Assembly (NCBI GenBank): GCA_023666665.1
Contig: JAMPBN010000001.1
Coordinates: 521,642-585,641 of the forward strand
Direction of reading: 5' to 3'
Length of the DNA: 64,000 bases
DNA from: Prevotella sp.
Lineage (GTDB): Bacteria; Bacteroidota; Bacteroidia; Bacteroidales; Muribaculaceae
How positions within the stretch are numbered: the first letter of the stretch is position 1; each line of letters starts with the position of its first letter. The notes under the pieces were generated by a model. That model did not search any database. It was not told where the DNA came from and worked only from the letters and a program-made list of their open reading frames with translations. This document shows positions 46,630 to 56,662 of this stretch, piece after piece. The translations under genes and the position numbers were made by a program.

Positions 46630-46670
46630 CCGGTCTTGACCTCTTGTCAAGTCCGGTTATTCATTTATAT
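46630..46670 (+). terminator. Candidate terminator hairpin after the small lipoprotein gene.
   Basis: 11-bp stem with one mismatch (ccggtcttgac / gtcaagtccgg) and a ctctt loop, followed by a T-rich stretch (ttattcattt). Confidence 0.4.
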
Positions 46671-47472
46671 GACAGTCAACGAGCTCAAAAACCACATCCG
46701 CAGCCGCCTTGCTTCCGACCCCGAAGCCCGCGCCCTTGAGCGCATAATCTTCGAGGATGTTCTGCTGATGCGTCCGGTCGACGTGGTGGTCAATCCCGAT
46801 CGCGAAGTGCCACCGTTTATCCCGCCCAAGGTCAATGCGATACTCGACCGCCTTGTTGCCGGCGAGCCGATTCAATATATTCTCGGCCACGCCCGCTTCT
46901 ACGGTCTGGACCTGCGGGTGAACCCCGACGTGCTGATTCCGCGTCCGGAAACCGAAGAACTCGTTGACATCATTGTGAAGCGCTATGGTAATCAACCCGA
47001 CCTGCGGGTGATTGACATCGGCACCGGCTCAGGAGCCATAGCCATTGCCCTGGCACGGACGCTGAAATTCCCGCAAGTCACCGCTGTCGACGTTTCGGAA
47101 AAGGCTCTTGCCGTTGCACGCCAAAACGCCGCCGACCTCCGCGTCAAAATCAACTTCATTCAGGCCGACATTCTCCGCTGCCCACTGTCCGCTGCCCAGT
47201 TCGACATAGCCGTAAGCAATCCGCCATATGTGCTTGAAAGCGAGCGCAAAGAAATGGAAAGGAAAGTGCTTGACCACGAGCCATCGCTTGCGCTGTTTGT
47301 ACCTGACTCCGACCCCTTGCGCTTCTATGATGCCATAATGCGCAACGTTAAGGCCGACAGTTATTACTTTGAAATTAATCCGCTATGTGCCAAGGACTTC
47401 AAGCGTGCAGAAATACTTCGCGACTCCTTTGGCAAGGAGCGCTTCGCCATTTATGATCCCGCTGACCGATAA
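46669..47472 (+). CDS. prmC: Release factor glutamine N5-methyltransferase PrmC (HemK).
   Basis: ...VLIPRPETEELV..., ...VIDIGTGSGAIAIAL..., and NPPY (VSNPPYV), a class I methyltransferase of HemK type. The start is at MTVNELKN. Confidence 0.85.
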   Translation: MTVNELKNHIRSRLASDPEARALERIIFEDVLLMRPVDVVVNPDREVPPFIPPKVNAILDRLVAGEPIQYILGHARFYGLDLRVNPDVLIPRPETEELVDIIVKRYGNQPDLRVIDIGTGSGAIAIALARTLKFPQVTAVDVSEKALAVARQNAADLRVKINFIQADILRCPLSAAQFDIAVSNPPYVLESERKEMERKVLDHEPSLALFVPDSDPLRFYDAIMRNVKADSYYFEINPLCAKDFKRAEILRDSFGKERFAIYDPADR

Positions 47473-47938
47473 AGAAGCATATGCTCGCCTGGCCGACCGC
47501 TGCGCCATGGCCGAGGTGTCAACCGGCGAAGCTCTCACCAAGCTGCGCCAATGGGGCATAACCGGCGCTGAAGCATATAAGGTAGTGCAGCGTCTGGTCA
47601 ACGAGCGGTTTATTGACGATGAGCGCTTTGCACGCTCATTTGTTCGCGATAAGGTCAACAATGCCCATTGGGGGGTCAATAAAATCCGCTTGTCGTTGCA
47701 CCAAAAAGGGATTGATAATGAAACTGCTCGCATTGCCATTGCCGAGGAACTCGACGAAGAAACATATTTTGCCAACCTTGCGGGGGCGTTGCGCTCCAAG
47801 GGGCGCAATATGCCGTCGCCGTTAAATCGTGAGGACTACGCACGGTTGGCCCGTTTTGCCGTGGGGCGCGGCTATGAACCCTCGTTGGTCAGCGAGATGC
47901 TTTCCGACGAACATTATTGGCGCGACGTAGATGAGTAA
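47453..47938 (+). CDS. recX: Regulatory protein RecX.
   Basis: Three-repeat helical RecX pattern (...ALTKLRQWGITGAEAYKVVQRLVNERFIDDERFARSFVRDK...). The ATG at 47453 overlaps the prmC 3' end. Confidence 0.7.
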   Translation: MIPLTDKEAYARLADRCAMAEVSTGEALTKLRQWGITGAEAYKVVQRLVNERFIDDERFARSFVRDKVNNAHWGVNKIRLSLHQKGIDNETARIAIAEELDEETYFANLAGALRSKGRNMPSPLNREDYARLARFAVGRGYEPSLVSEMLSDEHYWRDVDE

Positions 47939-48629
47939 CTTGCTGATTGGCGGCATGCTCGACGTTTTGTTTCCGCCGCTGTGTCCTTGTTGTGGCGCTG
48001 TTATGACCCGGGGTGAGGGACCGATGTGTCTTGGTTGCCGCATAAATCTGCCGCTGACCGGTTTTGAGAAAAACCCTGCAGACAATGATTTGACAGAGAA
48101 GCTTCAGGGCCTCGTCCCTATCGAGGCTGCCGTTGCATACTTTTTTTATCGCCGCAATGCGCCCCAGGATGCGCTGATTCACGATATGAAATATCGCGGT
48201 CGGCCAACAATCGGCCGTCAGCTTGCGCGTGAGTATAGCCGGAAACTTGCTGCAAACGGATTTTTTGACACGGTTGAAGTCATCGTCCCCGTGCCGCTCA
48301 ACTTTTGGCATCATTGCCGCAGAGGCTTCAACCAAACGGAGTGGATTGCGCGAGGCATCCGCGACGTGACCGCTCTGCCGATAATCGACGGCCTGAAAGC
48401 TCGCCGCCACACCTCGCAGACGCGCCGCAACGCCCGGGCGCGACAACGTGCCGCTTGCCACGTTTACTCCGCCAAATCTGCCGCCATAGCCGGACTGCAA
48501 CATATCCTTTTGGTTGATGACATCTGCACCACCGGGGCTACACTTTATGCATGCGCGGAAGCCTTACACAACGCCAATCCTACGGCAAAAATCTCGATTT
48601 TCGCGCTTGCCGCAACAAGTCTGATATAA
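47931..48629 (+). CDS. comF: ComF family protein (amidophosphoribosyltransferase-like competence protein).
   Basis: N-terminal zinc-finger-like CPCCG...CLGC. C-terminal PRTase motif (ILLVDDICTTGATL). Confidence 0.8.
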   Translation: MSNLLIGGMLDVLFPPLCPCCGAVMTRGEGPMCLGCRINLPLTGFEKNPADNDLTEKLQGLVPIEAAVAYFFYRRNAPQDALIHDMKYRGRPTIGRQLAREYSRKLAANGFFDTVEVIVPVPLNFWHHCRRGFNQTEWIARGIRDVTALPIIDGLKARRHTSQTRRNARARQRAACHVYSAKSAAIAGLQHILLVDDICTTGATLYACAEALHNANPTAKISIFALAATSLI

Positions 48630-48677
48630 AGCTGCGACAAATCAGTTACGGAAACCACATTGCGACGCGAAAATTCT

Positions 48678-48685
48678 TACATTTG
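48678..48685 (+). promoter_or_regulatory. Candidate -7 promoter element (TAnnTTTG) upstream of the receiver-domain gene and rnhB.
   Basis: TACATTTG lies 12 nt upstream of the ATG at 48698. Confidence 0.35.
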
Positions 48686-48697
48686 CTTATACTTTTT

Positions 48698-49051
48698 ATG
48701 GACAAAGCCGCAGAGCATACTATTACACGACGCGCATTACTCGCAACTGACGATTCAAATCTCGTCGTTCTGCTGCCCACCCTTATGGCCCCGAACGGCT
48801 ATCAGGTGACGGCGGTGACTCGCGGCTCATATAGAAAATCGGACGTCAAGGATTATGACTTGCTGATAATCGACGGCGACCCGCGTGTGACTTTCGGCGA
48901 TGGCCTGCCCGCCGTGGTGGCCGTGTCGCCCTCCGATGCCGTTGTGGCTTATGACAAGGGAGTCGATTTGGTGGTCAACAAGCCGCTGGTGGCAAGAGTG
49001 TTTATGGCAAAAGTTCGCGCCGTTCTCCGTCGTTACGGCATTGAGATATGA
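48698..49051 (+). CDS. Stand-alone CheY-like receiver (REC) domain protein.
   Basis: About 118 aa with the receiver-signature residues: DD (ALLATDDSN), the phospho-Asp context (DLLIIDGD), Ser/Thr (VVAVSPS) and Lys (VVNKPL). There is no output domain. The start at the ATG 48698 is preferred over the ORF-track 48551, which would overlap comF. Confidence 0.55.
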   Translation: MDKAAEHTITRRALLATDDSNLVVLLPTLMAPNGYQVTAVTRGSYRKSDVKDYDLLIIDGDPRVTFGDGLPAVVAVSPSDAVVAYDKGVDLVVNKPLVARVFMAKVRAVLRRYGIEI

Positions 49052-49653
49052 GCGGAGATTTATTGCTAACTTCCTTTCAGACGGAGTTGATTGAAGTCGG
49101 CTGCGATGAGGCCGGACGCGGATGTCTTGCCGGCCCGGTTTTTGCTGCCGCCGTGATTCTGCCTCCGGGTTATACCCATCCGTTGCTCCACGACTCCAAG
49201 GCAATTACTGAGCATCAGCGCGAAGAGATGCGCCGGATTATTGAGCGCGATGCCGTGGCGTGGGCTGTGGCATCTTGCTCGGCGCAGGAAATTGACGAGA
49301 TAAACATTCTACGCGCAAGCATAGTGGCAATGCATCGCGCTTTGGACTTGCTAACTGTTGAGCCACAGCTGATTGTGGTAGATGGCAACCGATTCACGCC
49401 GTGGCGCTTGGGAGTGCCTTACACCACTGTGGTTAAGGGCGATGCGAAGTATGCCAATATCGCAGCAGCAAGCATTCTGGCAAAGACCCACCGCGATGAG
49501 TGGATTAGCAAAGCCGCCAAAGATTTTCCGGCATATGGCTGGGAGCAAAACAAGGCTTATCCCACGGCGGCGCACCGCGAGGCCATTGCTCTGCACGGTC
49601 CCTCGCCGCTGCATCGGATGACGTTTCGTCTTCTTCCCAAAAAGTCAGTTTGA
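49048..49653 (+). CDS. rnhB: Ribonuclease HII.
   Basis: ...GCDEAGRGCLAGPVFAAAV..., ...DSKAITEHQRE..., ...ASILAKTHRD..., RNase HII catalytic motifs. Confidence 0.9.
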   Translation: MSGDLLLTSFQTELIEVGCDEAGRGCLAGPVFAAAVILPPGYTHPLLHDSKAITEHQREEMRRIIERDAVAWAVASCSAQEIDEINILRASIVAMHRALDLLTVEPQLIVVDGNRFTPWRLGVPYTTVVKGDAKYANIAAASILAKTHRDEWISKAAKDFPAYGWEQNKAYPTAAHREAIALHGPSPLHRMTFRLLPKKSV

Positions 49654-50376
49654 TATTACCGGGCAGGTAAAATACCCGGCCAACAACTCTCGGGCGGCAT
49701 TGACCTGCGCGGGAGTGTTGAGCAGAGTGTTCTCAAGAGCATATTTCAGCCCCATGGCGTCATATTTGTGGCGGCCCAGAGTGTGGTAGGGGAGCAGCTC
49801 CACGCGCTCAATATTGTTGAACTCGCTGAAATGCTGCGCCCATTGGCGCATATCGGCGGGATCATTGCTAATGCCTGGTACCAGAACATAGCGCAGCCAC
49901 ACGCGGATGCCTTTGTCGCGAAGACGCTCGGCAGTGAGCAGTGTGTTTTCGTTGCTCAACCCTGTCAGCGAGCGATGTTTGTCGGCGTTTATCTGCTTGA
50001 CATCGAGAAGCACCAGGTCGGTTAGCGAGTGGAGCCGGTCAACCTCGGGCGAGATTATCGCGCCGTTGGTGTCGAGGGCTATGTTGATGCCTGCCTCGCG
50101 CAGGCGTTCAAACAGCGGGATGAGTTGACGGGCCTGAACGGTGGGCTCGCCGCCGGAGAATGTGATGCCCCCTCTTTTGCCGAAAAACGGCTTTTGGTCA
50201 ATGGCCATGCGCAGAATTTCATCCTCATCGGTGAGGGTGGATTCGCCGATGGGGTCAATGGTGTCGGGGTTGGCGCAGTAGAGGCAGCGGAAAGGACACC
50301 CCTGGAGGAACACGACGAGCCGGAGGCCCGGCCCGTCGAGTGTTCCCATTGATTCGTAGGAGTGAACGCGGAACAT
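49645..50376 (-). CDS. pflA: Pyruvate formate-lyase activating enzyme (radical SAM).
   Basis: ...GPGLRLVVFLQGCPFRCLYCANPD... (CxxxCxxC) and the glycine-rich SAM motif GGITFSGGEP. Confidence 0.9.
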   Translation of the reverse strand: MFRVHSYESMGTLDGPGLRLVVFLQGCPFRCLYCANPDTIDPIGESTLTDEDEILRMAIDQKPFFGKRGGITFSGGEPTVQARQLIPLFERLREAGINIALDTNGAIISPEVDRLHSLTDLVLLDVKQINADKHRSLTGLSNENTLLTAERLRDKGIRVWLRYVLVPGISNDPADMRQWAQHFSEFNNIERVELLPYHTLGRHKYDAMGLKYALENTLLNTPAQVNAARELLAGYFTCPVISN

Positions 50377-52604
50377 TACATCGACTCGTGGAAGGAGCGG
50401 GAAATGACTTCCAGCTGATGCTCGCGGCTCAGGCGGATGAAGTTCACGGCATAGCCGCTGACGCGGATGGTGAGCTGCGGGTAGTTCTCCGGATGCTCCA
50501 TGGCATCAAGCAGCAGCTCGCGGTTGAGTACGTTGACGTTCAGGTGGTGAGCGCCTTTGGTGAAGTAGCCGTCCATCATACCGACCAGGTTCTCAATGCG
50601 CTCCTCGTCGGTCGGGCCGAGCGACTTGGGGATGATTGAGAAGGTGTTGGAAATGCCGTCCTGGCTGTCGCGGTAGCGGAGCTTGGCCACGGAGCTGAGC
50701 GAGGCAATGGCACCGTGGGTGTCGCGGCCGTGCATCGGGTTGGCTCCGGGTGCGAACGGCACACCCTTGGCGCGGCCGTCGGGGGTGGCACCGGTCTTCT
50801 TTCCATACATCACGTTTGATGTGATGGTGAGCAGCGAGAGGGTGGGGCGCGCGTTCTTGTAGACCGGCAGCTTCTTCAGCTCTTCAGAGAAGTAATAAAC
50901 CAGGTCAACGCCCAGGTGGTCAACGCGGTCGTCGTTATTGCCGAAGCAGGGGAACGAACCCTCAATGTCGAAACCCTCGGTCAGGCCGATGTCGTTGCGG
51001 CGGGCCGTAACCTTGGCATATTTGATTGCCGAGAGAGAGTCAATGGCAATCGACAGGCCGGCAACGCCGTAGGCGAGGTTGATGCGCGGGTTGGTGTCGA
51101 TGAGCGCCATCTGGGCTTTCTCGTAGTAGTACTTGTCGTGCATGTAGTGGATAATGTTTTGCGTCTCGTTGTAGACGCGGGCAATTTCCTTAAGCACGAG
51201 TTTGTAGTTGTGCATCACCTCTTCAAAGTTCAGAGTGTCGGAGGTAAGTGCGGGGATGCCCTTGACCATCAAAGTACCGGTGTTTTCGCAACGGCCGCCG
51301 TTGATTGCCAACAGCAGCGCCTTGGCCAGGTTGGCGCGGGCACCAAAGAATTGAATCTGCTTGCCGATAGCCTGGTAGCTCACGCAGCAGGCAATGCCGT
51401 AATCGTCGCAGTCGCGCACCTCGCGCATCAGCGTGTCGTTCTCATATTGGATTGACGATGTGTCAATGCTGACTTTTGCACAGAATTCTTTGAATCCATC
51501 GGGAAGTTCGGGGCTCCATAGTACCGTCATATTCGGCTCAGGCGATGGGCCGAGGTTATAGAGGGTCTGGAGGAATCGGAAAGAGGTTTTGGTAACCTTG
51601 GTGCGGCCGTCGTTGAAGCGTCCGCCGATGCTTTCGGTCACCCAAGTGGGGTCGCCGGCAAAGATGTCGTTATACGAAGCCATGCGCAGGTGGCGCACCA
51701 TACGCAGTTTGATTACAAACTGGTCAATCAGTTCCTGGGCAAACTCTTCGGTGATGTTGCCCTTGTCGAGGTCATATTGAATGAACACGTCGAGGAAAGA
51801 GCTGACGTTGCCCAGCGACATTGCAGCGCCGTCTTGCTCCTTGACGGCGGCCAGGTAGGCCATATAAACCCACTGCACGGCCTCTTGGGCGTTTGCTGCG
51901 GGGCGGCTGAGGTCGAGGCCGTAGATTTCGCCCATCCGGCGGATTTCATCGAGGGCGCGGATTTGCTCGGCAACCTCCTCGCGCAGGCGTACTCGGTCTT
52001 CAGTCATCGGGCCGAGCAGCTCGGCCAAATCCTGACGCTTGGCCTCGATGAGGCGGTCGGTGCCGTAGAGAGCCAGGCGGCGATAGTCGCCGATAATGCG
52101 GCCGCGGGCGTAGTTGTCGGGCAAACCGGTCAGGAAGCCCAGCGAACGAAAGCGGCGAATTTCTTCGGTGTAGACGTCGAACACGCCGTCGTTGTGCGTC
52201 TTGCGGTAGTGGGCAAAAATCTCCTTGATGTTTTCAGGAAGCTCTATGCCCTGTTCGCGGCAAGCTTTTTCAACCACTTTGATACCACCGAAAGGCTTGA
52301 TGGCGCGGCAAAGAAGCTGCTCGGTCTGCAAGCCGACAATCAGCTCGTCGTCGCGGTCAATATAACCGGCACCATGGGAGGTGATGGTAGAGATTTTGGT
52401 GGCGTCGATTAAACGTACGCCGCCATTGTCGCGCTCCTCCTTGAGGGCGTCGAGGCAGTGCAGCCAGAGGCGCTTGGTGCGGTCGGTAGGTCCGCAGAGA
52501 AATGACGCGTCGCCCATGTAAGGGGTGATGTTGAGGCTGACGAAGTTACCCGCGTCAATCTTTTCGGACCAAAGTCCGCCTTTAAACTTTTCAGTAGGTG
52601 TCAT
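50376..52604 (-). CDS. pflB: Formate C-acetyltransferase (pyruvate formate-lyase).
   Basis: 742 aa with the glycyl-radical C-terminus ...[12 protein letters not shown]... and the catalytic region ...GIACCVSYQ... Confidence 0.95.
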   Translation of the reverse strand: MTPTEKFKGGLWSEKIDAGNFVSLNITPYMGDASFLCGPTDRTKRLWLHCLDALKEERDNGGVRLIDATKISTITSHGAGYIDRDDELIVGLQTEQLLCRAIKPFGGIKVVEKACREQGIELPENIKEIFAHYRKTHNDGVFDVYTEEIRRFRSLGFLTGLPDNYARGRIIGDYRRLALYGTDRLIEAKRQDLAELLGPMTEDRVRLREEVAEQIRALDEIRRMGEIYGLDLSRPAANAQEAVQWVYMAYLAAVKEQDGAAMSLGNVSSFLDVFIQYDLDKGNITEEFAQELIDQFVIKLRMVRHLRMASYNDIFAGDPTWVTESIGGRFNDGRTKVTKTSFRFLQTLYNLGPSPEPNMTVLWSPELPDGFKEFCAKVSIDTSSIQYENDTLMREVRDCDDYGIACCVSYQAIGKQIQFFGARANLAKALLLAINGGRCENTGTLMVKGIPALTSDTLNFEEVMHNYKLVLKEIARVYNETQNIIHYMHDKYYYEKAQMALIDTNPRINLAYGVAGLSIAIDSLSAIKYAKVTARRNDIGLTEGFDIEGSFPCFGNNDDRVDHLGVDLVYYFSEELKKLPVYKNARPTLSLLTITSNVMYGKKTGATPDGRAKGVPFAPGANPMHGRDTHGAIASLSSVAKLRYRDSQDGISNTFSIIPKSLGPTDEERIENLVGMMDGYFTKGAHHLNVNVLNRELLLDAMEHPENYPQLTIRVSGYAVNFIRLSREHQLEVISRSFHESM

Positions 52605-52624
52605 AATGATTGGTTATTGGTTTA

Positions 52625-52942
52625 TTACAGTGCGAGGAGGGAGTCGAGGGTTGCGCGGAGCTTGTCGATGGATTGGGCACCGACCAGGCGGAGGTCGGTT
52701 TTTTTGCCGTTCTTGAAGGTTAGAATGGTGGGAATCGACATGATGCGGTATTGCGTTGTGAGGTCAGACTCTTCGTCAATATTGTACTTGCCTACGGCTA
52801 CGCGGCCTTCGTATTCTTTGGCTACGGCTTCGATTGCGGGACCCATGCTCTGGCAGGGACCGCACCAGGTTGCCCAGAAGTCAATCATCACGGGTTGACC
52901 TGAGGCGATAATGTCATGAATGTTTTCGTCAGTAAATGTCAT
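52625..52942 (-). CDS. trxA: Thioredoxin.
   Basis: 105 aa with the active site WCGPC (DFWATWCGPCQ). Confidence 0.9.
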   Translation of the reverse strand: MTFTDENIHDIIASGQPVMIDFWATWCGPCQSMGPAIEAVAKEYEGRVAVGKYNIDEESDLTTQYRIMSIPTILTFKNGKKTDLRLVGAQSIDKLRATLDSLLAL

Positions 52943-53029
52943 TTTTATTATTGTTTAAAGGTTTAACTGTTTAAGGGTTTAACTGTTTAATAGTTTAGTT
53001 TCAAACTCCTAACTCCTAACTCTCAACTC

Positions 53030-56000
53030 CTACTGCCTAATGATTTTATAGTCAATGTTTTCGCTGTCGAGCATATCAACGAGATCTTTGTTGATGGGGA
53101 TAGTGCGTTGAGCTGCGAGGTTTACGGCACGGTTCAGCTTGGGGTCGTAGACGGTAAAGTGGAGCTCTCCGGGGTTCTCCTTGTAGTTGTGAGAATGGTC
53201 TTTGAGCAACCCAACGAGGGTGTCGTTGAGCCGGTCGGTGGTCACTCGGATTGCAATGCCTTTGACTACCTTGTTTTTGAGGTCGTCAAGGCGCGCAATG
53301 CTTACGATGTTGAAGCGCAGCTCGCCCTCGCGGAAGCGGCGTTGATACTTGCCAATCACGCGGATAAACTGCCCATTGGTGCAGTAGCCGTTGAATTGCG
53401 AGTATGTCTGGCCAAAGAGGCGGATTTCGCACGACCCGGTGTGGTCTTCAAGCGTCAAGATGCCCCACGGGCCGTTCTTTCCGGGGCGGGTCTCGAACTT
53501 CGTTGCCATACCGCCGAGCACTATCTCCTTGCCCTCTTCAATAATGAAATCTTCAGAGGTGAAGTCTTTTATGGAGGTAGTGGCATATGTCAGCTCCATA
53601 TAAAATGGATCCAGAGGGTGAGCCGAGAGGTAGCGGCCTACCAGCTCGCGCTCCTTTGAGAGGACCTCGGTCTGAACCCAGGGTATGGCGGGTTTTATGG
53701 CCGGACGGCCGGAAGTGTCGAGCGCCGGGTCGGCAAAGTCGTCGAAGAGCGAGGCCGCCTGTTGCTGACGGTCGCGCTGATAGAGCTGGCCGTATTTGAC
53801 GAGCTGTTCGGCAAAGTTTTCGTCGCGGGTGTTGACCTCGAAAAAGTCCCAGCGCTTAATGTCGTCGCCAAAGCAGTCAAAGGCTCCTGCCAGGGCAAAG
53901 TTTTCAATGGTGCGGCGGTTTATGCCGGCGCTAAGCGGCACTCGCTCAATGAAGTCGTAGATGTTTTGGAATGGGCCGTTGGCCTGGCGCTCCTCAATGA
54001 TGGCGTTGACGATTCCCTCGCCAATGCCCTTGATGGCTGCGAGTCCGTAGCGAATATCGCCGTCTTTGTTCACACCGAAGTTTGAGAATGATTCATTTAC
54101 ATCGGGACCCTTGACATTGATTTTCATTCGCTTGCACTCGTCCATAAAGCCGGAGAGCTTGTCTCCCATATTGCGCGAGAGTACTGCCGCCATATATTCT
54201 GCCGGGAAGTTGGCTTTGAGATATGCGGTTTGGAATGCTACCCAAGAGTAGCACGTGGCGTGGCTCTTGTTGAACGCATATGATGCGAATTTCTCCCAGT
54301 CTTTCCAGATTTTTTCAAGTACCTCGGCTTTGTGTCCGTTGGCCTGTCCGCCTTCAAGGAATTTGCCTTTGAGGTGGTTCATCTTTTCGATGAGCTTCTT
54401 ACCCATAGCCTTGCGCAGGGTGTCAGACTCGCCTCGGGTGAAGTTTGCCAGCAGTCGGCTCAGCAGCATGACCTGTTCCTGATATACCGTAACGCCATAT
54501 GTATCTTTAAGATACTTCTCCATCTCGGGGATGTCGTAGGTAATGGGGCTGCGGCCATGCTTGCGGGCAATAAAGTCGGGGATATAGTCCATTGGGCCGG
54601 GCCGGTAGAGGGCGTTCATGGCTATAAGGTCCTCAAACGTTGAGGGCTGCAGCTCGCGCAGATACTTTTGCATTCCGGCCGATTCAAACTGGAAAGTGCC
54701 CACGGTGCGTCCCTCGCTGTAGAGGCGATACGTTGCAGGGTCGGTGATGTCAATGGCACCGATGTCAAGGTCAAAGCCGCGGGTCTGCTTGATGTTATAG
54801 AGCGCGTCTTTGATAATTGAGAGGGTTTTCAGCCCGAGGAAGTCCATCTTGATCAGGCCGGTTTCTTCGATTACGGAGCCTTCGTATTGGGTTACGAGCA
54901 TTTTCATGTTCGTTTCTTTATCCGTGGCAATACTCAGAGGCACCCAGTCGCTGACGGCATCGCGGCAGATGATTACGCCGCAGGCGTGTACGCCGGTGTT
55001 GCGCACGTTGCCCTCAAGTTGCAGGGCATATTTCAGAGTGTTGCGCACCAGGGGGTTGTCGCTTTGCAGCTCCGGGGCAAATTCAGGCACGTGTTTGTAG
55101 CAGTTTTTCAGAGTGCATTTCAGCTCCTTGCCGTCGACTTCGGGCATACGTTTGGGCACGAGGTTGGCCAGGCGGTTGCTCTCGGCCAGGGGAAGCTGCT
55201 CAACGCGGGCCACGTCTTTGATGGCGCTCTTTGCCGCCATGGTGCCGTAGGTGATAATGCGGGCAACCTTTTCAGCGCCGTATTTTTCGGTTACGTATGC
55301 CAGCACGTCGGAGCGGCCGTCATCGTCGAAGTCTATGTCAATATCCGGCAGGGAAATACGGTCGGGGTTGAGGAATCGCTCGAACAGCAGGTCGTATTTT
55401 ATGGGGTCAATCTGAGTGATTCCAAGGCAATAAGCCACGGCGCTGCCGGCGGCCGATCCACGGCCCGGGCCAATGCTAACGCCGCGTTCGCGTCCGGCTT
55501 TGATAAAGTCCTGCACAATGAGGAAGTAGCCCGGGAAGCCCATATTCTTGATGGTGTCGAGCTCAAAGTCAATGCGCTCTTTCTGCTCGTCGGTTAGCTC
55601 CTGACCCCAGCGCTGATATGCCCCCTGGTAGGTCAGGTGGCGCAGGTAGTCATCATTGTCGGTGAAGCCGTCGGGTAGCGGGAAGTTGGGCAGAATCGGC
55701 TTGTGGTCAATGGTGTAAGTCTCAACCTTGTTGAGCACCTCAAGGGTGTTGCTCAGCGCCTCGGGAATGTCGGCAAAAAGGCGGTTCATCTCCTCGGTGG
55801 TCTTCATCCATTCCTGTTTGGTATAGAGCATACGCGAGGAGTCGCTGAGGAAATGGTTGGTAGCCACGCACACCAGGCGGTCGTGGGCCTCGGCGTCGTC
55901 TTCGTTGGTGAAGTGAACGTCGTTGGTGGCCACGATTTTGATGTTGTGCTTGTGTGCAAACTCAATGAGGAAAGCGTTGACGTGTTGCTGCTCAACGAAA

Positions 56001-56590
56001 GTTTCGTGGTTTGCGTTGGGCACAGTGGCTTTGTGGCGCTGAATTTCAATATAGTAGTCGTCGCCGAAAACTTCTTTGTACCACAGCACTGCCTTTTCGG
56101 CCTCGTCGAGCTGACCGGCGCGGATAAGGCGCGGAATCTCGCCACCAAGGCAGGCGGAGCAGATAATGATGCCCTCGTGGTGTTCGGCAAGCTCTTTCTT
56201 GTCGGTGCGCGGGTGGTGATAAAAGCCGTCGGTCCAGGCTTTTGATACTATCTTGATGAGGTTATGGTAGCCGGTGGCATTCTTGGCCAACGCAATGAGG
56301 TGGTAGCCCTTGTCAGACTTGTCGGCGCGGTCGTTGAGCGACTTTTTGGCAACGTAGAGTTCGCAACCGAAAATGGCTTTGAATGGTTCCAACCCCTGCT
56401 CTTTGCGCTTTGAGTTGACTTTGTTGACGAGGTTGAAATACTCTTTGATGCCAAACATATTGCCGTGGTCGGTGATGGCCAGACCGGGTTGGCCGTCGGC
56501 AATTGCTTTATCAACGAGGCTTGGAATCGAGGCTTGGCCGTCAAGCACAGAGTATTGCGTGTGGACGTGGAGATGAACGAATGGCTGCAT
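53030..56590 (-). CDS. dnaE: DNA polymerase III subunit alpha.
   Basis: PHP domain N-terminus (FVHLHVHTQYSVLDGQASI), the palm ...GFPGYFLIVQDFI..., and ...GPGRGSAAGS... The start was set to the ATG at 56590 (MQPFVHLHVH). Confidence 0.95.
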   Translation of the reverse strand: MQPFVHLHVHTQYSVLDGQASIPSLVDKAIADGQPGLAITDHGNMFGIKEYFNLVNKVNSKRKEQGLEPFKAIFGCELYVAKKSLNDRADKSDKGYHLIALAKNATGYHNLIKIVSKAWTDGFYHHPRTDKKELAEHHEGIIICSACLGGEIPRLIRAGQLDEAEKAVLWYKEVFGDDYYIEIQRHKATVPNANHETFVEQQHVNAFLIEFAHKHNIKIVATNDVHFTNEDDAEAHDRLVCVATNHFLSDSSRMLYTKQEWMKTTEEMNRLFADIPEALSNTLEVLNKVETYTIDHKPILPNFPLPDGFTDNDDYLRHLTYQGAYQRWGQELTDEQKERIDFELDTIKNMGFPGYFLIVQDFIKAGRERGVSIGPGRGSAAGSAVAYCLGITQIDPIKYDLLFERFLNPDRISLPDIDIDFDDDGRSDVLAYVTEKYGAEKVARIITYGTMAAKSAIKDVARVEQLPLAESNRLANLVPKRMPEVDGKELKCTLKNCYKHVPEFAPELQSDNPLVRNTLKYALQLEGNVRNTGVHACGVIICRDAVSDWVPLSIATDKETNMKMLVTQYEGSVIEETGLIKMDFLGLKTLSIIKDALYNIKQTRGFDLDIGAIDITDPATYRLYSEGRTVGTFQFESAGMQKYLRELQPSTFEDLIAMNALYRPGPMDYIPDFIARKHGRSPITYDIPEMEKYLKDTYGVTVYQEQVMLLSRLLANFTRGESDTLRKAMGKKLIEKMNHLKGKFLEGGQANGHKAEVLEKIWKDWEKFASYAFNKSHATCYSWVAFQTAYLKANFPAEYMAAVLSRNMGDKLSGFMDECKRMKINVKGPDVNESFSNFGVNKDGDIRYGLAAIKGIGEGIVNAIIEERQANGPFQNIYDFIERVPLSAGINRRTIENFALAGAFDCFGDDIKRWDFFEVNTRDENFAEQLVKYGQLYQRDRQQQAASLFDDFADPALDTSGRPAIKPAIPWVQTEVLSKERELVGRYLSAHPLDPFYMELTYATTSIKDFTSEDFIIEEGKEIVLGGMATKFETRPGKNGPWGILTLEDHTGSCEIRLFGQTYSQFNGYCTNGQFIRVIGKYQRRFREGELRFNIVSIARLDDLKNKVVKGIAIRVTTDRLNDTLVGLLKDHSHNYKENPGELHFTVYDPKLNRAVNLAAQRTIPINKDLVDMLDSENIDYKIIRQ

Positions 56591-56662
56591 AACCCCACAA
56601 AGGTACGGTTTTTTTATGAAAATACCAACCCCGAAGCGGCGATAATCTGCAATTATCTGCAA

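Noticed and set aside
48551-48697. N-terminal extension of the receiver-domain ORF (ORF-track start 48551).
   Set aside because: It would overlap the comF 3' end by ~80 bp in another frame and has no receiver-like sequence. The ATG at 48698 has a promoter-like TACATTTG 12 nt upstream and starts exactly at the receiver fold.
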